In this document: piece by piece, positions 11,546 to 23,644 of the stretch | How positions within the stretch are numbered: position 1 is the first letter of the stretch | How the letters are laid out: each line of letters begins with the position of its first letter | Source of the DNA: Dromiciops gliroides | Lineage: Eukaryota | Reading direction: 5' to 3' | Assembly: GCF_019393635.1 (NCBI RefSeq) | Contig: NC_057863.1 | Span: 490,520,948-490,584,947 of the forward strand | DNA: 64,000 nt | The notes under the pieces: generated by a model | Seen by the model: the letters and a program-made list of their open reading frames with translations, nothing else | What the model was told of the DNA's origin: nothing | Database searches by the model: none | Program-made: the position numbers and the translations under genes

Positions 11546-12678
11546 AAAAAAGTGACCTAAAAGACAAGGAGAGAGAATTTAAGAATCACTGAACTCCCTG
11601 ATATCCATGACCCATCATCAAAAAAAAAAAAAAATGGACATCATATTTTAAGCAACAGGAAATGAAAACTACCTGGATGTACAGGAAGTAAAGACAGAAA
11701 GAATCCATCAAGCACATTCTGAAAGAAAACCCTAAAGGAAAAGTCTCAGCCAAAATCCAAAGCTCCAATGTAAAGATAAAATGCTGTAATACCTGGAAGC
11801 TTTTATTATAAATAAGAAGAGATCTTGAATATTACAAAAGATAAAAGAGAATAACTTTGCCCTGCAAAATTGAGCATAATGCTACAAGAGGAAAAGATAG
11901 ATCTTTAATGGAATAGAGGACTTCCAAGCATTCCTGAGAAAAAGAAAAGAGCTGAGTAGGAACTCTGAAATATAAACATAAGAATCAAGAAAAACCTGTG
12001 GGCAAAAAGAAATATACATTTTCGGGCATGTCTGTGGTTTACATTCATTTTGCTTGACTATGTTTGTTTTTTATTTTATTTTAAAATTTTCTTCTTTTGA
12101 GGTAGGACCTCCTATCTTGCCCAGGCTGGAAACTGCTTAAAAAGATCAGTTTTCTGAGTTTCTTCTTTTTATTTCCAAATGATTCTATACCTAGTATAAA
12201 TTTATTTAAAAGCAACAGCTTTTGATGTTAAAAGTCTTTAAAGCAAACATCTTCTGGAGTTAGGTCTTAGCACTAAAATTTTATTTTATTTTAAAGGCTG
12301 CCTCTCCCAAGCTTGAATTGAAAGGGGCTACTCATGAGCCACTCCTACATTGATGGGCACAGGAACTTTGACCTACTTCATTTCAGAGCTGGGCTGATTT
12401 GTCCTTTCTTAGGCAACCTGGCAGCCAGGCTTCCAGGAGGCTCAGCATATTCATGACAAACTTCTAATGCAGACAGTCAATCAGCATAGCCAATTTCAGC
12501 TTAGAACTCCAGGACTTAAGATCTAGCAGCCCCAGCCTTCTGTGTAGCTAGTATTACAACTGTGCACCACTATTACTGGTTGCTTATTTGTTACATTGTT
12601 GTTGTTTTTTCTCTTGATTTTAAAATTGAGGTGGGAGAGCAGAGGGGGCAGTGATACAGAGAGAAAAAGAAAGGGTAG

Positions 12679-12807
12679 CGTCAGCTAGGTGGCACAGTGG
12701 ATAAAGCATTGGCCCTAGATTCAGAACCAGAGTTCAAATCTGGCCTCAGACACTTGACACTTACCAGCTGTGTGACTCTCAGTAAGTCACTTAACCCTCA
12801 TTGCCCT

Positions 12808-12812
<5 letters not shown>
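12679..12812 (+). mobile_element. SINE1/MAR1-type SINE followed by a (GA)n microsatellite.
   Basis: gtcagctaggtggcacagtggataaagcattggccctagattcagaaccagagttcaaatctggcctcagacacttgacacttaccagctgtgtgac…. Confidence 0.8.

Positions 12813-12859
<47 letters not shown>
12811..12859. repeat. (GA)n microsatellite, about 24 units.
   Basis: Direct read: agagagagag… at 12811-12859. Confidence 0.9.
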
Positions 12860-12862
<3 letters not shown>

Positions 12863-13605
12863 AAACACAGAGAGAGCCACAGAAACAATTTTTAAAATAC
12901 ACAGAACAAAGTTCAGAAAGAAGCATAGACATGCATTTATATCTTTGAAACTAAAATGTGGAATTTGGCTTTTTTTTTAAAAAGGAAACAGCATGAAATG
13001 GAGATTTATGGTTTCATGTAAAATCCTTTTTGTTTTCTCCTACATACATGTTTCTTGGTATTTAAGTAAGTGCAGAATTTTTAAAATTAAAAAGATGGAA
13101 GACAGCCAGCAACAAGACGATGGGCCAAAGTCCTGATATGGTCAGCTAGAAGACATTGAGGGAAACTCTGCAGGACCAAGGTGAAATGTCAATTGCTTTA
13201 TGTTCTTAAGTGTCAACTTCCCAGGGGCATATAATTATGCATATCATTTATTGAATCTCCTTTTAAGAAGTTGTAGATTTTTTGTGTCTTGTAGGATTTC
13301 TTTTTTGTGTGTAGGAAATACTGATTCATATTCTACATTGAGTACTGTTCTACTCCCCACTTTTTGGGAAGACCAGGGACTAAATTACTCTAAGTAATTT
13401 TCTTTCAGGGCATCATGGCAGGGCTTTAGGGAGCTGAAAAATATGAGAAAAGGGAGACTAGTCCCCTGTCTTTGGAGGTCAGGCTCCCCAATACTGAATC
13501 AGGTAGGAATCAAATGCATGAGTTTACAGTTGAAAGGGGCCCCTTGGAGGAAAGAGAGAAGGGCCAGTGCCACAGGTCTTTCTTGTTAGATAGGCCTTTC
13601 TTTTT

Positions 13606-13734
13606 TCGGGGGGGGGGGGGGGGAGGGGCAGTGAGGCAATTGGGGTTAAGTGATTTGCCCAGGGTCACACAGCTAGTAAGTGTCCTCCTGACTCCAGGGC
13701 CAGTGCTCTATCCACTACGCCACCTAGCTGCCCC
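13606..13734 (-). mobile_element. SINE1/MAR1-type SINE, reverse orientation, with an internal deletion and a short TSD (ggcctttct).
   Basis: G-run then gcagtgaggcaattggggttaagtgatttgcccagggtcacacagctagtaagtgtcctcctgactccagggccagtgctctatccactacgccacctagctgcccc. Confidence 0.75.
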
Positions 13735-15372
13735 AAGATGGGCCTTTCTAATGTAGCCCAAGATCACACTGGCTTTCTTGGCTACCAATTACACTGGTAA
13801 CTCATTCATTCCTTGGTAGTATACACAACCTTTCATATATATTTTTTAGACAAGCTGATGGCCATGAATTGTGAATGTGGTTTCATTGGTAAGGGAAACA
13901 TCCAGGAAGGAAACTCCCTCTGCCAATGCCTATCAGCACTTGCTCTACAAATGACAATCTCAGAGAGATGCAGCATTGAGAAGTTAAGTGACTTGCCAAG
14001 GTCACACATCCAAGATGTGTCAGAGGCAGAACTTTAACTTTAACTCCTGACTGATTGTGAGATAGGCTATTTATCCATTACACCAAAGCCAGATCAACAA
14101 AATCAAACTGCATACACAATGACTACAATGATCTGAAAGAAGAAAAGGCCAAAGGCAGTGGAACTGTGGGTAGACCTATTAGCAGACATACACACAAAAG
14201 GCATATTTAAAATTTTTTTTCTTTGTTAATTTATTTGGTTCTAGCCTGTTAAATGCTAAAGGCTTGTTAAAACATTAATTTTACTCTTTCTTCATGGGTG
14301 TATGGTTATTTGATTATTTGTTTTTGTTGATAGTTGTGAATTTGGGTTTTCTTTAAACTTTTGAACATAGGCACTGTCTTCAGAAGATGAGGATTGAACT
14401 TCTAATTCTGCCACTTGCTAGGACAAATTACTCACCTTCTCTGAACCTCAGCTTCCTTCTCTGTAAAATGGGAGTGATATTACTTGTAGTGCTTACTATG
14501 TCATAACTCAATAACTCACTGTCTCTGGGAGCCAAATTAAATCATGTGAAAATACTGAAGACTCCTGAAGACTTAGATTATTTTAGATGTCAAGTTTATT
14601 ATATTCATTGAATTTGTGCACATAGAATAAAAATTTTTTATTTTCTGGTTCTTAGTTCTAAATATGACATACTTGATATTCCTTTTCTAACTCACAAAAC
14701 AATGATTTCCTTTAGATGAACTTAGTGACAACATGAAATATTTATGTGTTAAGAATAAGCATTTAAGAATTACGAAGAATTAATCACATTAAAATATCAG
14801 TGTTAAAAACTAAAATTTCTACATCATAATTATTCCTTTGTTATTACCAACAGATAACATTTGTTTATTATGAAGCGGCTTATTTTATCTGATTTTCTTA
14901 TAGACTGAATACAATCATAATTTCAATTATATTTTAGTAACTTTCTATTCAAATTAAAGTACTTTATATACCCAAACATGAAAAAGCTTCAAATACAACT
15001 TGACAAAATTTAGCCTTGACTATAATTAAGTACTTTGTGAAGAGGAGATCTGGTGCTTATTGGTTGAATTCCCAACAGTTGTTTAGTGGCAGAGTCCCAG
15101 TCTTTACCCAATTCAAGCCGAGAGCAAAGAGATGGATATTGTGCTTCTGTTCTTCTTACCCATTCCACTGCTTTCTTTACGGAATAAAAATTCCAGTAGC
15201 TGGCACAGGATCTAAGAATAAATGGGACTGTTAAACCTCAAAATATGGCTATATAAGATGGCAGGCTTGAAGACTACTTTTACATTTAATAAAAAACAAC
15301 TAGTTGAGACAATAAAAGTCTTTTGCCTGTCCTTCACATCCCTTTATTTTTATTTATTTATTTATTTTTAAT

Positions 15373-15514
15373 TTTTTTTTTGCAGGGCAGTGGGGGTTAA
15401 ATGACTTGCCCAGAGTCACACAGCTAGTAAGTGTCAAGTGTCTGAGGCCAGATTGAACTCAGGTACTCCTGAATCCAGGGCCGGTGCTTTATCCACTGCG
15501 CCACCTAGCTGCCC
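15373..15514 (-). mobile_element. SINE1/MAR1-type SINE, reverse orientation, with TSD acatccctttat.
   Basis: Poly-T then gcagggcagtgggggttaaatgacttgcccagagtcacacagctagtaagtgtcaagtgtctgaggccagattgaactcaggtactcctgaatccagggccggtgctttatccactgcgccacctagctgccc. Confidence 0.85.
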
Positions 15515-15983
15515 TCCCCCCCCTCCCCGCCCCCAACATCCCTTTATAATAATAATGGCATTTAGTCCTTGTCCTTGGAATGGCCCTTATTTCCACATCT
15601 GTACTATTTCCCTGAACAACCTTCCAAGGGCTTTCCATTTCCCTTCATCCTACCCATCTTTCAAGGCCAAACTTAAATAACACCTTTTCTGTTAATTTTT
15701 CCCAGACTGTTCCAGCCCATATTGACCTCCGCTTTTACTTGAATTCAAATTGCACTGGTAACCAGTATAATAAGTTAGCATTTAATTAAAGATGGTTTAT
15801 TACAGAACAAATATAGTTATTGGGAAAATATCACATCTGGAATCAGAAAGAGCTGTATTCAAATCCACTTCTGAGAATTATTAGCTATGTGATTATGGGT
15901 AAACACTTAATCTCTCTGAGTATCAGATAGGGACAATATCTGCAGCACCTACCTCACAGGGTTGTTGTTAGAAATGTATGCCA

Positions 15984-16137
15984 GGGGCAGCTAGGTGGCG
16001 CAGTGGATAGAGCACCGGCCCTGGAGTCAGGAGTACCTGAGTTCAAATCCGGCCTCAGACACTTAACACTTACTAGCTGTGTGACCCTGGGCAAGTCATT
16101 TAACCCCAATTGCCTCACTAAAAAAAAAAAAAGAAAA
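15984..16137 (+). mobile_element. SINE1/MAR1-type SINE, near-consensus, with a 14-bp TSD (gaaatgtatgccaa).
   Basis: GGGGCAGCTAGGTGGCGCAGTGGATAGAGCACCGGCCCTGGAGTCAGGAGTACCTGAGTTCAAATCCGGCCTCAGACACTTAACACTTACTAGCTGTGTGACCCTGGGCAAGTCATTTAACCCCAATTGCCTCAC + poly-A. Flanking direct repeats. Confidence 0.9.
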
Positions 16138-16713
16138 AGAAATGTATGCCAAATGTCTCCCAAATTGTAAAGTGCTATATAAATGTAATATTATTATTGA
16201 CCATTTCATCTATGTTAGTTCTGCCTACCAATTTACCTGCAAATTAACAAAGCCAGCTTAATGTTGCAGTAGATAAAGTACTGGAGTACTTACTGGAGTA
16301 AGTAAGTTCAAATCCTACCTCAGATACTTTGTGAACTTTGTAGCTTTGTGAACCTGGGTAAGTCACTTCTTTGCCTGTCTCAGTTTCCTCATTTGTATAA
16401 TACAGATACAAATAACACCTACTTCCAGGATTGTTATAGGGATAAAATGGCATATTATTTATAAAGCACTTTACAGTTTATATAAAGCATATATATGTAT
16501 ATTATATATCCCCCAAATTATATATAAATGTATATATTATGTATATATATATGTATATAGCCGAAATTTATGCCACTAATATCTCCCCTTCCACTGACAG
16601 CCCCTAGGGCTAGGATCAGGTGCTTATCAAGCCAAGAATGAAATACTTCTGGCTCCTTGCCTCTTGACCCAGGCCCCTCAGGTTTCCTTAGACTCTGCCT
16701 ATGACAGTCATTC

Positions 16714-16714
<1 letters not shown>

Positions 16715-16744
<30 letters not shown>
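16715..16744. repeat. (CAG)10 trinucleotide repeat, intergenic.
   Basis: Direct read: cagcagcagcagcagcagcagcagcagcag at 16715-16744. Confidence 0.9.
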
Positions 16745-16745
<1 letters not shown>

Positions 16746-17149
16746 CCCCTTCCCTTGGGCATGAATGACATGAAACTAGAACTTCTATTCTCTATCTGTC
16801 ATGCCTAACTATCCTGGACAGAATGCTGTGGTTCCTCCAGAGAACTGGCTTACTTTTCTTTCATGTAACTCAAGGAAAACAGTGAAGACCAACACCAATC
16901 TGTACCCCTAATGCCCATGGATCTATCATGGAGGCCTAGAAGAGAAGTCTGAAGAGAAATTCTGAATTTCTATCTCTAAGGAACCAGTGAAGGAGACACT
17001 GAGAGGAGATGTGTCTCTGAGTGATTCAAGTAGAGATGACCCCTGTGGGTGAACTTTGCTCATTTTTTAATTTGTGCCTTTGTGTGTAGGTTTTGAGGGG
17101 AGAAGAACTAGAGAAAGCAGATTCTCTCCTATTTCTTAGGACACTTAGC

Positions 17150-17305
17150 TAATTTTTTTGGGGGGGGGGACAATGAGGGTTAAGTGAGTTGCCCAAGGTC
17201 ATACAGCTAGTGTCAAGTGTTTGAGGCCAGATTTGAACTCAGGTCCTCCTGAATCCAGGGCCAGTGCTTTATCCACTGCCCCACCTAGCTACCCCCCCCC
17301 CCCTT
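17150..17305 (-). mobile_element. SINE1/MAR1-type SINE, reverse orientation.
   Basis: ggggggggggacaatgagggttaagtgagttgcccaaggtcatacagctagtgtcaagtgtttgaggccagatttgaactcaggtcctcctgaatccagggccagtgctttatccactgccccacctagctacccc. Confidence 0.8.
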
Positions 17306-17336
17306 AGCTCATTTTTTACTCAACTTTTTAGATTTT

Positions 17337-17480
17337 TCTTTTTAAGTGAGGCGATTGGGGTTAAGTGACTTGCCCATGGTCACACAGCTAGTAAGTGTTA
17401 AGTGTCTGAGGTCAGATTTGAACTCAGGTACTCCTGACTCCAGGGCCGGTGCTCTATCCACTGTGCCATCTAGCTGCCCC
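17337..17480 (-). mobile_element. SINE1/MAR1-type SINE, reverse orientation, TSD tttactcaacttt.
   Basis: gtgaggcgattggggttaagtgacttgcccatggtcacacagctagtaagtgttaagtgtctgaggtcagatttgaactcaggtactcctgactccagggccggtgctctatccactgtgccatctagctgcccc. Flanking direct repeats. Confidence 0.85.
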
Positions 17481-18101
17481 TTTACTCAACTTTAAAAAAA
17501 AACTCTTTTCTTTAAAGAAAAAAATGATGTGGCTAGCTGGCCAACCTTAGAAAGAGATCTCAGGTGCCCTTAAAGTGGGTCTGGGTGCCTTCCTTCATAG
17601 GGGGATGGGCATCCTGGAATAATCAGATTTAGAGGTGATAGTGGAGGGGAGTGTTATTTTATGACTAGATTTTAAGCAGGGAGTATGGTGTGGGTGATAC
17701 AGGAAGTTGGGCAGGCTCCACCTAAGGTACAGAACTTCAACGGGATAGCAATCTCAGTGCGGCTTGTTCCTCTGGGATACCCCGTCTCTGCTGGGAATGA
17801 GTCAATGTGCTAACCATCCCACCACCACCACCCCTGCTTACCTTTTGAAAGGCAGCTCTCATTTCTACCACCCCCAGTCCAGGCCTGCCGGAGGACCACT
17901 GTGCTATGTAGCTAGAGTGTTGCTGTTCGAGATCCTTAGCAGAAGACTGGTTGAAGTCTTTCTGGTTCTGCTCCTTTAGGACCTTAACTCCTCAGTTTGC
18001 TCTCATCTTCCACGAGGGAGGAGGAACAGGGGCAGCTTCTCCTATTTGGCAACTCTTCTTGTTTCAGAGCTCAGTTACTTTGGTGAAGGACTTTGCCCTA
18101 C

Positions 18102-18336
18102 CTAAAGGTATTCTGAATATACCCAAATTCCTGGATCTAGGCAAATGAATGGCGGGGAATGGTTCCCAAGGGTTTTTTGGTTCTGGTTCATTGTCAATTC
18201 CAGCCTTTTCACAAGCAATTGGCCATGTTTGGTCCTCCAAAAGATGTAAAATGTTTTATTTGCACTTGAAAGAGCCTCAATCAGCCATTTCACCATCTCT
18301 ATCTTTGCCCCTTTAGACTTAAAACTTTGCTGAAAT
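18102..18336 (-). CDS. PARP4: PARP4 terminal coding exon, including the TAG stop at 18102-18104. Encodes (R)FQQSFKSKGAKIEMVKWLIEALSSANKTFYIFWRTKHGQLLVKRLELTMNQNQKTLGNHSPPFICLDPGIWVYSEYL*.
   Basis: Acceptor ttccttttTAG|A. The frame continues from the previous exon (phase 2). It matches the human PARP4 C-terminus (…NIPWAFEAIKQASEWVRRTEGQYPSICPRLELGNDWD…). No canonical AATAAA lies within ~600 nt downstream. A variant AGTAAA lies at ~17481-17486 (-). Confidence 0.7.
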
Positions 18337-18384
18337 CTAAAAAGGAAAAATCCTTAAATAAGGATCTAAATTTTGCAATGGGAA

Positions 18385-18680
18385 GGTAGGTGATGAAGTG
18401 GATAGAGCACTAGCCCTGAAGTTGGGAGGACTTGAGTTCAAATCTCACCTCAAACACTAGCTGTGTGGCCCTGGGCAAGTCATTTAACCCCATCCTGATA
18501 TACATATATACATATACATACACACACATATATGTATGTATATCTTACTACTGGACCCAGACAGCCCTGGAGGAAAGAGTGAGGTTGATGATTTTGTACA
18601 GCCCTGCCTCACTTAAATCCAATTCACTGCAAGTCATGACATCACCCCAAGGTCATGGAACTCTTTGAGAATGAAGGGCA
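18385..18680 (+). mobile_element. tRNA-derived SINE of the long subfamily (same as 9500-9790).
   Basis: ggtaggtgatgaagtggatagagcactagccctgaagttgggaggacttgagttcaaatctcacctcaaacactag… then ctactggacccagacagccctggaggaaagagtgaggttgatgattttg…. Confidence 0.6.
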
Positions 18681-18745
18681 TGTTCTGCAATATTCTGGAC
18701 ATAGTCCTACAATATAGGCCAATTTAAACTTTAATTTAATATAAC

Positions 18746-18893
18746 TGGGGGGCAGCTACGTGGTGCAGTGGATAGAGCACTGGCCCTGGATTCAGGAGGA
18801 CCTGAGTTCAAATCCAGCCTCAGACACTTGACAATTACTAGCTGTGTGACCCTGGGCAAATCACTTAACCCCAAATGCCTCACCAAAAAAAAA
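18746..18893 (+). mobile_element. SINE1/MAR1-type SINE, near-consensus, with a perfect 16-bp TSD (aatttaatataactgg).
   Basis: GGGGGGCAGCTACGTGGTGCAGTGGATAGAGCACTGGCCCTGGATTCAGGAGGACCTGAGTTCAAATCCAGCCTCAGACACTTGACAATTACTAGCTGTGTGACCCTGGGCAAATCACTTAACCCCAAATGCCTCACC + A9. Identical 16-mer on both flanks. A second 24-bp motif (ctacaatataggccaatttaaact) also appears on both sides. Confidence 0.9.
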
Positions 18894-19574
18894 TGGAATT
18901 TAATATAACTGGTCTACAATATAGGCCAATTTAAACTAACCCCATAACATAGGACATAGGACTTTACCTCTATATTATCTTAGAAGAAGAGCTAATGTTT
19001 CTATATTGCTTTAATATTGCTTTTGCAAAATATCTTCTAGACCTCATCACACTTGAGTCTCACCATAATTCTGTGAAGGGTTCCATGACTTGCTCATGGG
19101 TCCTAAAGCTTAGTGAGTATCAGAGACAGGATTTTAACACAGTTCTCTGCTAACCTCAAGTCCAAAACTCTGTAAACTACACTGTACTGCTTGAAAAAAT
19201 TAATAAGACCATAAGAAAAATGTCTCACCTACGTAAGAAGAAAAACGGATTCCAGGGACTGTACAAGTACTCATTTACATAGTAATAGGGCAACAAGAGG
19301 TTCCCATTCCCAATCATTTATTGAAACACATTGCCAAAAGATCTCTACGTGCTCATATTCATTGACCTAATCATTTTTACTACATCTGCTGCATGTCCTT
19401 GAAAGCAGTACACCTGATTATCTTTAAAATATTACATAATTCAGATTGGCTTTTCCTCAATCAAAAAAAAAATTTTTTTATTGGGTACCTACTATTCATT
19501 CAGAGAGGTCAAAAAGGATGTGAACTAAAAAAAAGGTCACTGGATTTAGCAATTAGGAAGTTGATGGTACTGGG

Positions 19575-19717
19575 TTGTTTTGGTTTTGGTGAGGCAATTG
19601 GAGTTAAGTGACTTGCCCAGGGTCACACAGCTAGTAAGTGTCTGAGGCCGGATTTGAACTCAGGTACTCCTGATTCCAGGGCTGGCGCTCTATCCACTGT
19701 ACCACCTAGCTGCCCTG
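19575..19717 (-). mobile_element. SINE1/MAR1-type SINE, reverse orientation.
   Basis: ggtgaggcaattggagttaagtgacttgcccagggtcacacagctagtaagtgtctgaggccggatttgaactcaggtactcctgattccagggctggcgctctatccactgtaccacctagctgccc. Confidence 0.85.
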
Positions 19718-20465
19718 TCAATGGTACCTTTTGGACACAGCAGTTTCTGTAGAGTGGTGATATCAGAAGCCAGATTATAAGAGGGTGAGGGATGAGGTGT
19801 GAATAGGAGATAAGGAAGTAGACACATCAAATGGAAGCTTTACAGTGAAAGCAGAGAGAGAGAAAGGAAGATAGCTTTTTGGGGTGCAAGGTGGTTTTTT
19901 TTAAGATTGTGATTAGCACCATACTAAATTCTATGAGGTAGAAAGAAGCAACTTGTTAGTCTTATTTAAAGATGTTTTAATACTGTCTTACGGTTAGAAG
20001 TGGGGAAAAGAGAAAGGAGAGAGAGGCTAGAATCTAGTAGAGGGATAGTCATTGAAAAACCTCTCTAGTAGAAAAACTGTACTATTATGGATTTGGATCT
20101 GGAAAGTCCCTTAGAGGTCATCTAGTCCAGAGGTGTCAGCAGAAGGACAAATATACCTTGACCAGCAGTTCATTACTTCTCCCAACCATCAGTTTAGTGA
20201 CTAACAGTCATAATATATATCTTCCAGGGGGAAGATGAAAAATCCCTCTCTCTCAGAGATCTTTATATGCTTAGGAGTGTAGGAGGGTTTCTTAAAGTTT
20301 CATTTAATCAATGTTTAAATATAAAATTGAGCTGCTTCTTGAAAGCAAGGATTATTTCATTCTTTATATTTATATTTCTAGCACCTAGCAGGGTTCCTGG
20401 CTCAAAGAAGGCACTTAGTAAATGCCTGTTGATCGAATGATTGCTCAATACTGTCTAAAGCATAC

Positions 20466-20598
20466 CTGTAAGCAGCTGAATCATCTAATTTCATCAGTGA
20501 CTTGACTGCTATCCCTTCTAGCTCCAGCTTAGTTCGAATGAGCTGTAGTACCAGAAATGTGGCAATCAGCTGTAATACATCTTCTTTTCCTTTGGAAC
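20466..20598 (-). CDS. PARP4: PARP4 penultimate coding exon. Encodes (G)SKGKEDVLQLIATFLVLQLIRTKLELEGIAVKSLMKLDDSAAY(R).
   Basis: Acceptor cttttcttttAG|GTTCC, donor TACAG|GTATGC. Matches human …GVKGRECLLDLIATMLVLQFIRTRLEKEGIVFKSLMKMDDASISR…. Phase 1 in, phase 2 out, consistent with the neighbouring exons. Confidence 0.85.
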
Positions 20599-22271
20599 CT
20601 AAAAGAAAAGTCCTAACAGTCATTTCCAACTGAAAATATTAATACCACTAAAATATGAAGACATGATAGTAGATCATGAAACAATATGCAGAATGGCACT
20701 CTGAAGAAACATTCTGCAGAACACATTTAATTTAATGTACTTAATATTAAATAAGAGTAATATACAAAAGTGACACTCACTATGTTATGTCACCACAAAG
20801 ACAGCCAAATTTGTCACCAAGTCCTGAAAATAGTACTCCACATATGGTCTGACCATTTTGATGTATAATAGGACTATCACCTGCCATGTTCTCACATGAT
20901 CATCACAGCCTCATTTGGGCCCTTAATAAAGTCTAGCATAGAGTCTTGCAGTTGTCTCATATTTGCTCTTCCTGCATCCCACAACTTCCCTCTCTAATTC
21001 ATGTTTGACATGTCTGCCAAATTAATATTACTGAAACAACAGGTTATTTCTCATTTTCCTGCTCAAAAACTTCAATGGCTTCCTGTTCCTAGGAGAACAT
21101 ACAACCTCTCCTCAGGCTGACATTTTCTTTCTTTGTAAATGTTTTCTTGATGCCTTTTTTAAAAGATCACTGTCATTTCTCAGTGTCTCTCCACCCCCAC
21201 CCAGAAAGAACCTTCTCTGAGTTCTTGTTAGAGTCAAGCAAAACAAACCAACAATACATTGTCAATCTGACTTTTGAAGCACTTTCAGTCTGGCTCTGGC
21301 CTCTTTTTACAGATTTATTCCCCATTATTCACTCTATATTCCAAAGTGGCTCACTTCCTGTGCTTAGGACATAACATTCTGGCTTTCATCTTTGTACCCC
21401 AGGCTGCCTCCCTGCCTAGAACACCACCTCCCTTTTTGCCTTTGCCTCCTAAGATGTTATCTTCCTTCCAAGGTTTTGGCTCTTCCTGATGTTATTGTTC
21501 CCATAAATGTTAATGCTTTCTCTTCTCAAGTGATCATTTATTTACTTCTCTGTGTCCATGCTGTACCCCACCCCCAGTAGACTAGAGGACAGAGATTGTT
21601 TCATTTCTGTATTTCCATGACCTAACAGCATGCTTTGCACACAAGCTTAATTGACACTTATTGACCAATCACAAAGAGAGGCATAAATTCAGATATCACT
21701 TTGGACTATAACTTTTCAGCATTTCCCCCTGAGAGGTAGTGGAATTAAGCCAAAGTCTATGTTTAGCCTAGAGACTAGTGGTTTGCCAATCTGTGTTTAT
21801 TAGCATTCTTTTGATCACAGGACCATAGGTTTGGAGTTGGAAGGGATATCAGAGATCATCTAGTTCTATTGCCTCATTTTACAGCTGAGAGAACTGAAGC
21901 CTAGAGAGATGAAGGGATTGCTCAAAGTCACCCAAGCAGTAACAATAGAGAACGGTTCAAACCCACACCCTCTTAACTCCAAATGCCCCCTTCTTTTCAC
22001 TGTAGCACATTTTCTCTTCCCAGTTGAGGGTTTCAAATTCAAGAGACAAAATTTTGAATTTGTATCAATATCTTCCACCTAGCAATACAATCAGGATATT
22101 AACAATGTGAATCCTTTGACTAATTTCAAAGTATTTAACCATTTAAAAGTTTTAAGGGCAAACACAAAAATATATTTATTCTGAACACAGCACCCCCCAA
22201 ACTTCCTTTATATAAGTTAATATAAATATAATCATTCCATTTGATGAATACTAGAAAGGAACTGAGTTTAC

Positions 22272-22371
22272 CTAGGGATTGAATGCCTTTTTGTACAAGA
22301 AAGATGTTTACATTATTCACATTCAGGTTTAAAAAAAGCCCAAGTTCAGGGCTAAGTTTCCAGAAGCCCTC
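22272..22371 (-). CDS. PARP4: PARP4 exon. Encodes EGFWKLSPELGLFLNLNVNNVNIFLVQKGIQSL(G).
   Basis: Acceptor ccccttaattttacAG|GAGGGC, donor CTAG|GTAAAC. Matches human …EDGFWKLTPELGLILNLNTNGLHSFLKQKGIQSLG… in the MVP-interacting region. Confidence 0.85.
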
Positions 22372-23644
22372 CTGTAAAATTAAGGGGAAAATAAAGAATA
22401 ACAATTAGAATTTCATCTCATAATGAAAAAAGTAATGAATTTTACATATTTTAATTCATTAATTTTATGTTTTAATTCAATCAAGATTTTAAAAAATCTT
22501 TATTTCTACAGTGTTAAAATACATGAGTCTAATACATCTTACTAATGAAAATATGATACCACACTGTAATTTTTTGAATACTACAAAAATTAAAGTAATG
22601 GTAGATAATATAAAATACTTGGGAGTCTACTTGCCAAGACAAACCCAGGAACTCTATGAACACAATTACCAAACACTTTTCACACAAATAAAATCAGATC
22701 TAAATAATTGGAAAGATATCAATTGCTCATGGATAGGCAGAGCTAATATAGTAAAAATGACAATTCTACCTAAATTAATTTACTTATTCAGTGCCATACC
22801 AGACTACTTAAAAATTATTTTATAGGGCTAGAAAAAATAATAACAAAATTCATCTGGAAAAACAAAAAGTCAAGAATATCAAGGGAAATAATGAAAAAAA
22901 TGCACAGGGAGGTGGGTTAGCTGTATCAAATCTGGAGCTTTACTATAAAGCGGCAGTCATCAAAACTATCTGGTACTGGCTAAGAAATAGAGTGGAGTAT
23001 CAATGGAATAGGCTAGGCACAGGAGACACAGTAGTATATGACATTAGCAATGGAGTGTTTGATAAACCCAAAGACTCCAGCTTCTGGGATAGGAACTCAG
23101 TATTTGACAAAAACTGCTGGGAAAACCGGAAGATAGTATGGCAGAAATTAGGCATAGACCAACATCTTACACCTTATACTAAAATAAGGTCAAAATGGGT
23201 ACATGATTTAGACACAAGAGGTGATACCATAGGTAAATTAGGAGAGGAAGGAATAGTCTACCTTTCAGATCTTTGGAAAGGAGAACAGCTTATGACCAAA
23301 CAAGAGACAGAGAATATTATAGAATGCAAAGTGGATGATTTTGATTATGCTAAATTTAAAAGGTTTTGTACAAACAGAAGCAATACATCCAAAATTAGAA
23401 GGGAGGCAGAAAGCTGGGAAACAATTTTTATAGCCAGTACTTCTGATAAAGGCCTGATTTCTAAAATATATAGGTAACTAAATCAAATTCATAAGAACCC
23501 AAGTCATTCTCCAATTGAGAAATGGTCAAAGGATATGAATAGGCAGTTTTCTGATGAAGAAATCAAAGCTATCTATTCCCATATGAAAAAATGCTCTAAA
23601 TCACTATTGATTAGAGAGATGCAAATTAAAACAACTCTGAGGAG

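Noticed and set aside
17481-18101. Annotating a PARP4 3' UTR and poly(A) signal.
   Set aside because: There is no AATAAA or ATTAAA on the minus strand within ~600 nt of the stop. Only a variant AGTAAA lies at ~17481-17486, at the edge of a SINE. The cleavage site cannot be placed from sequence alone, so no terminator feature is reported.
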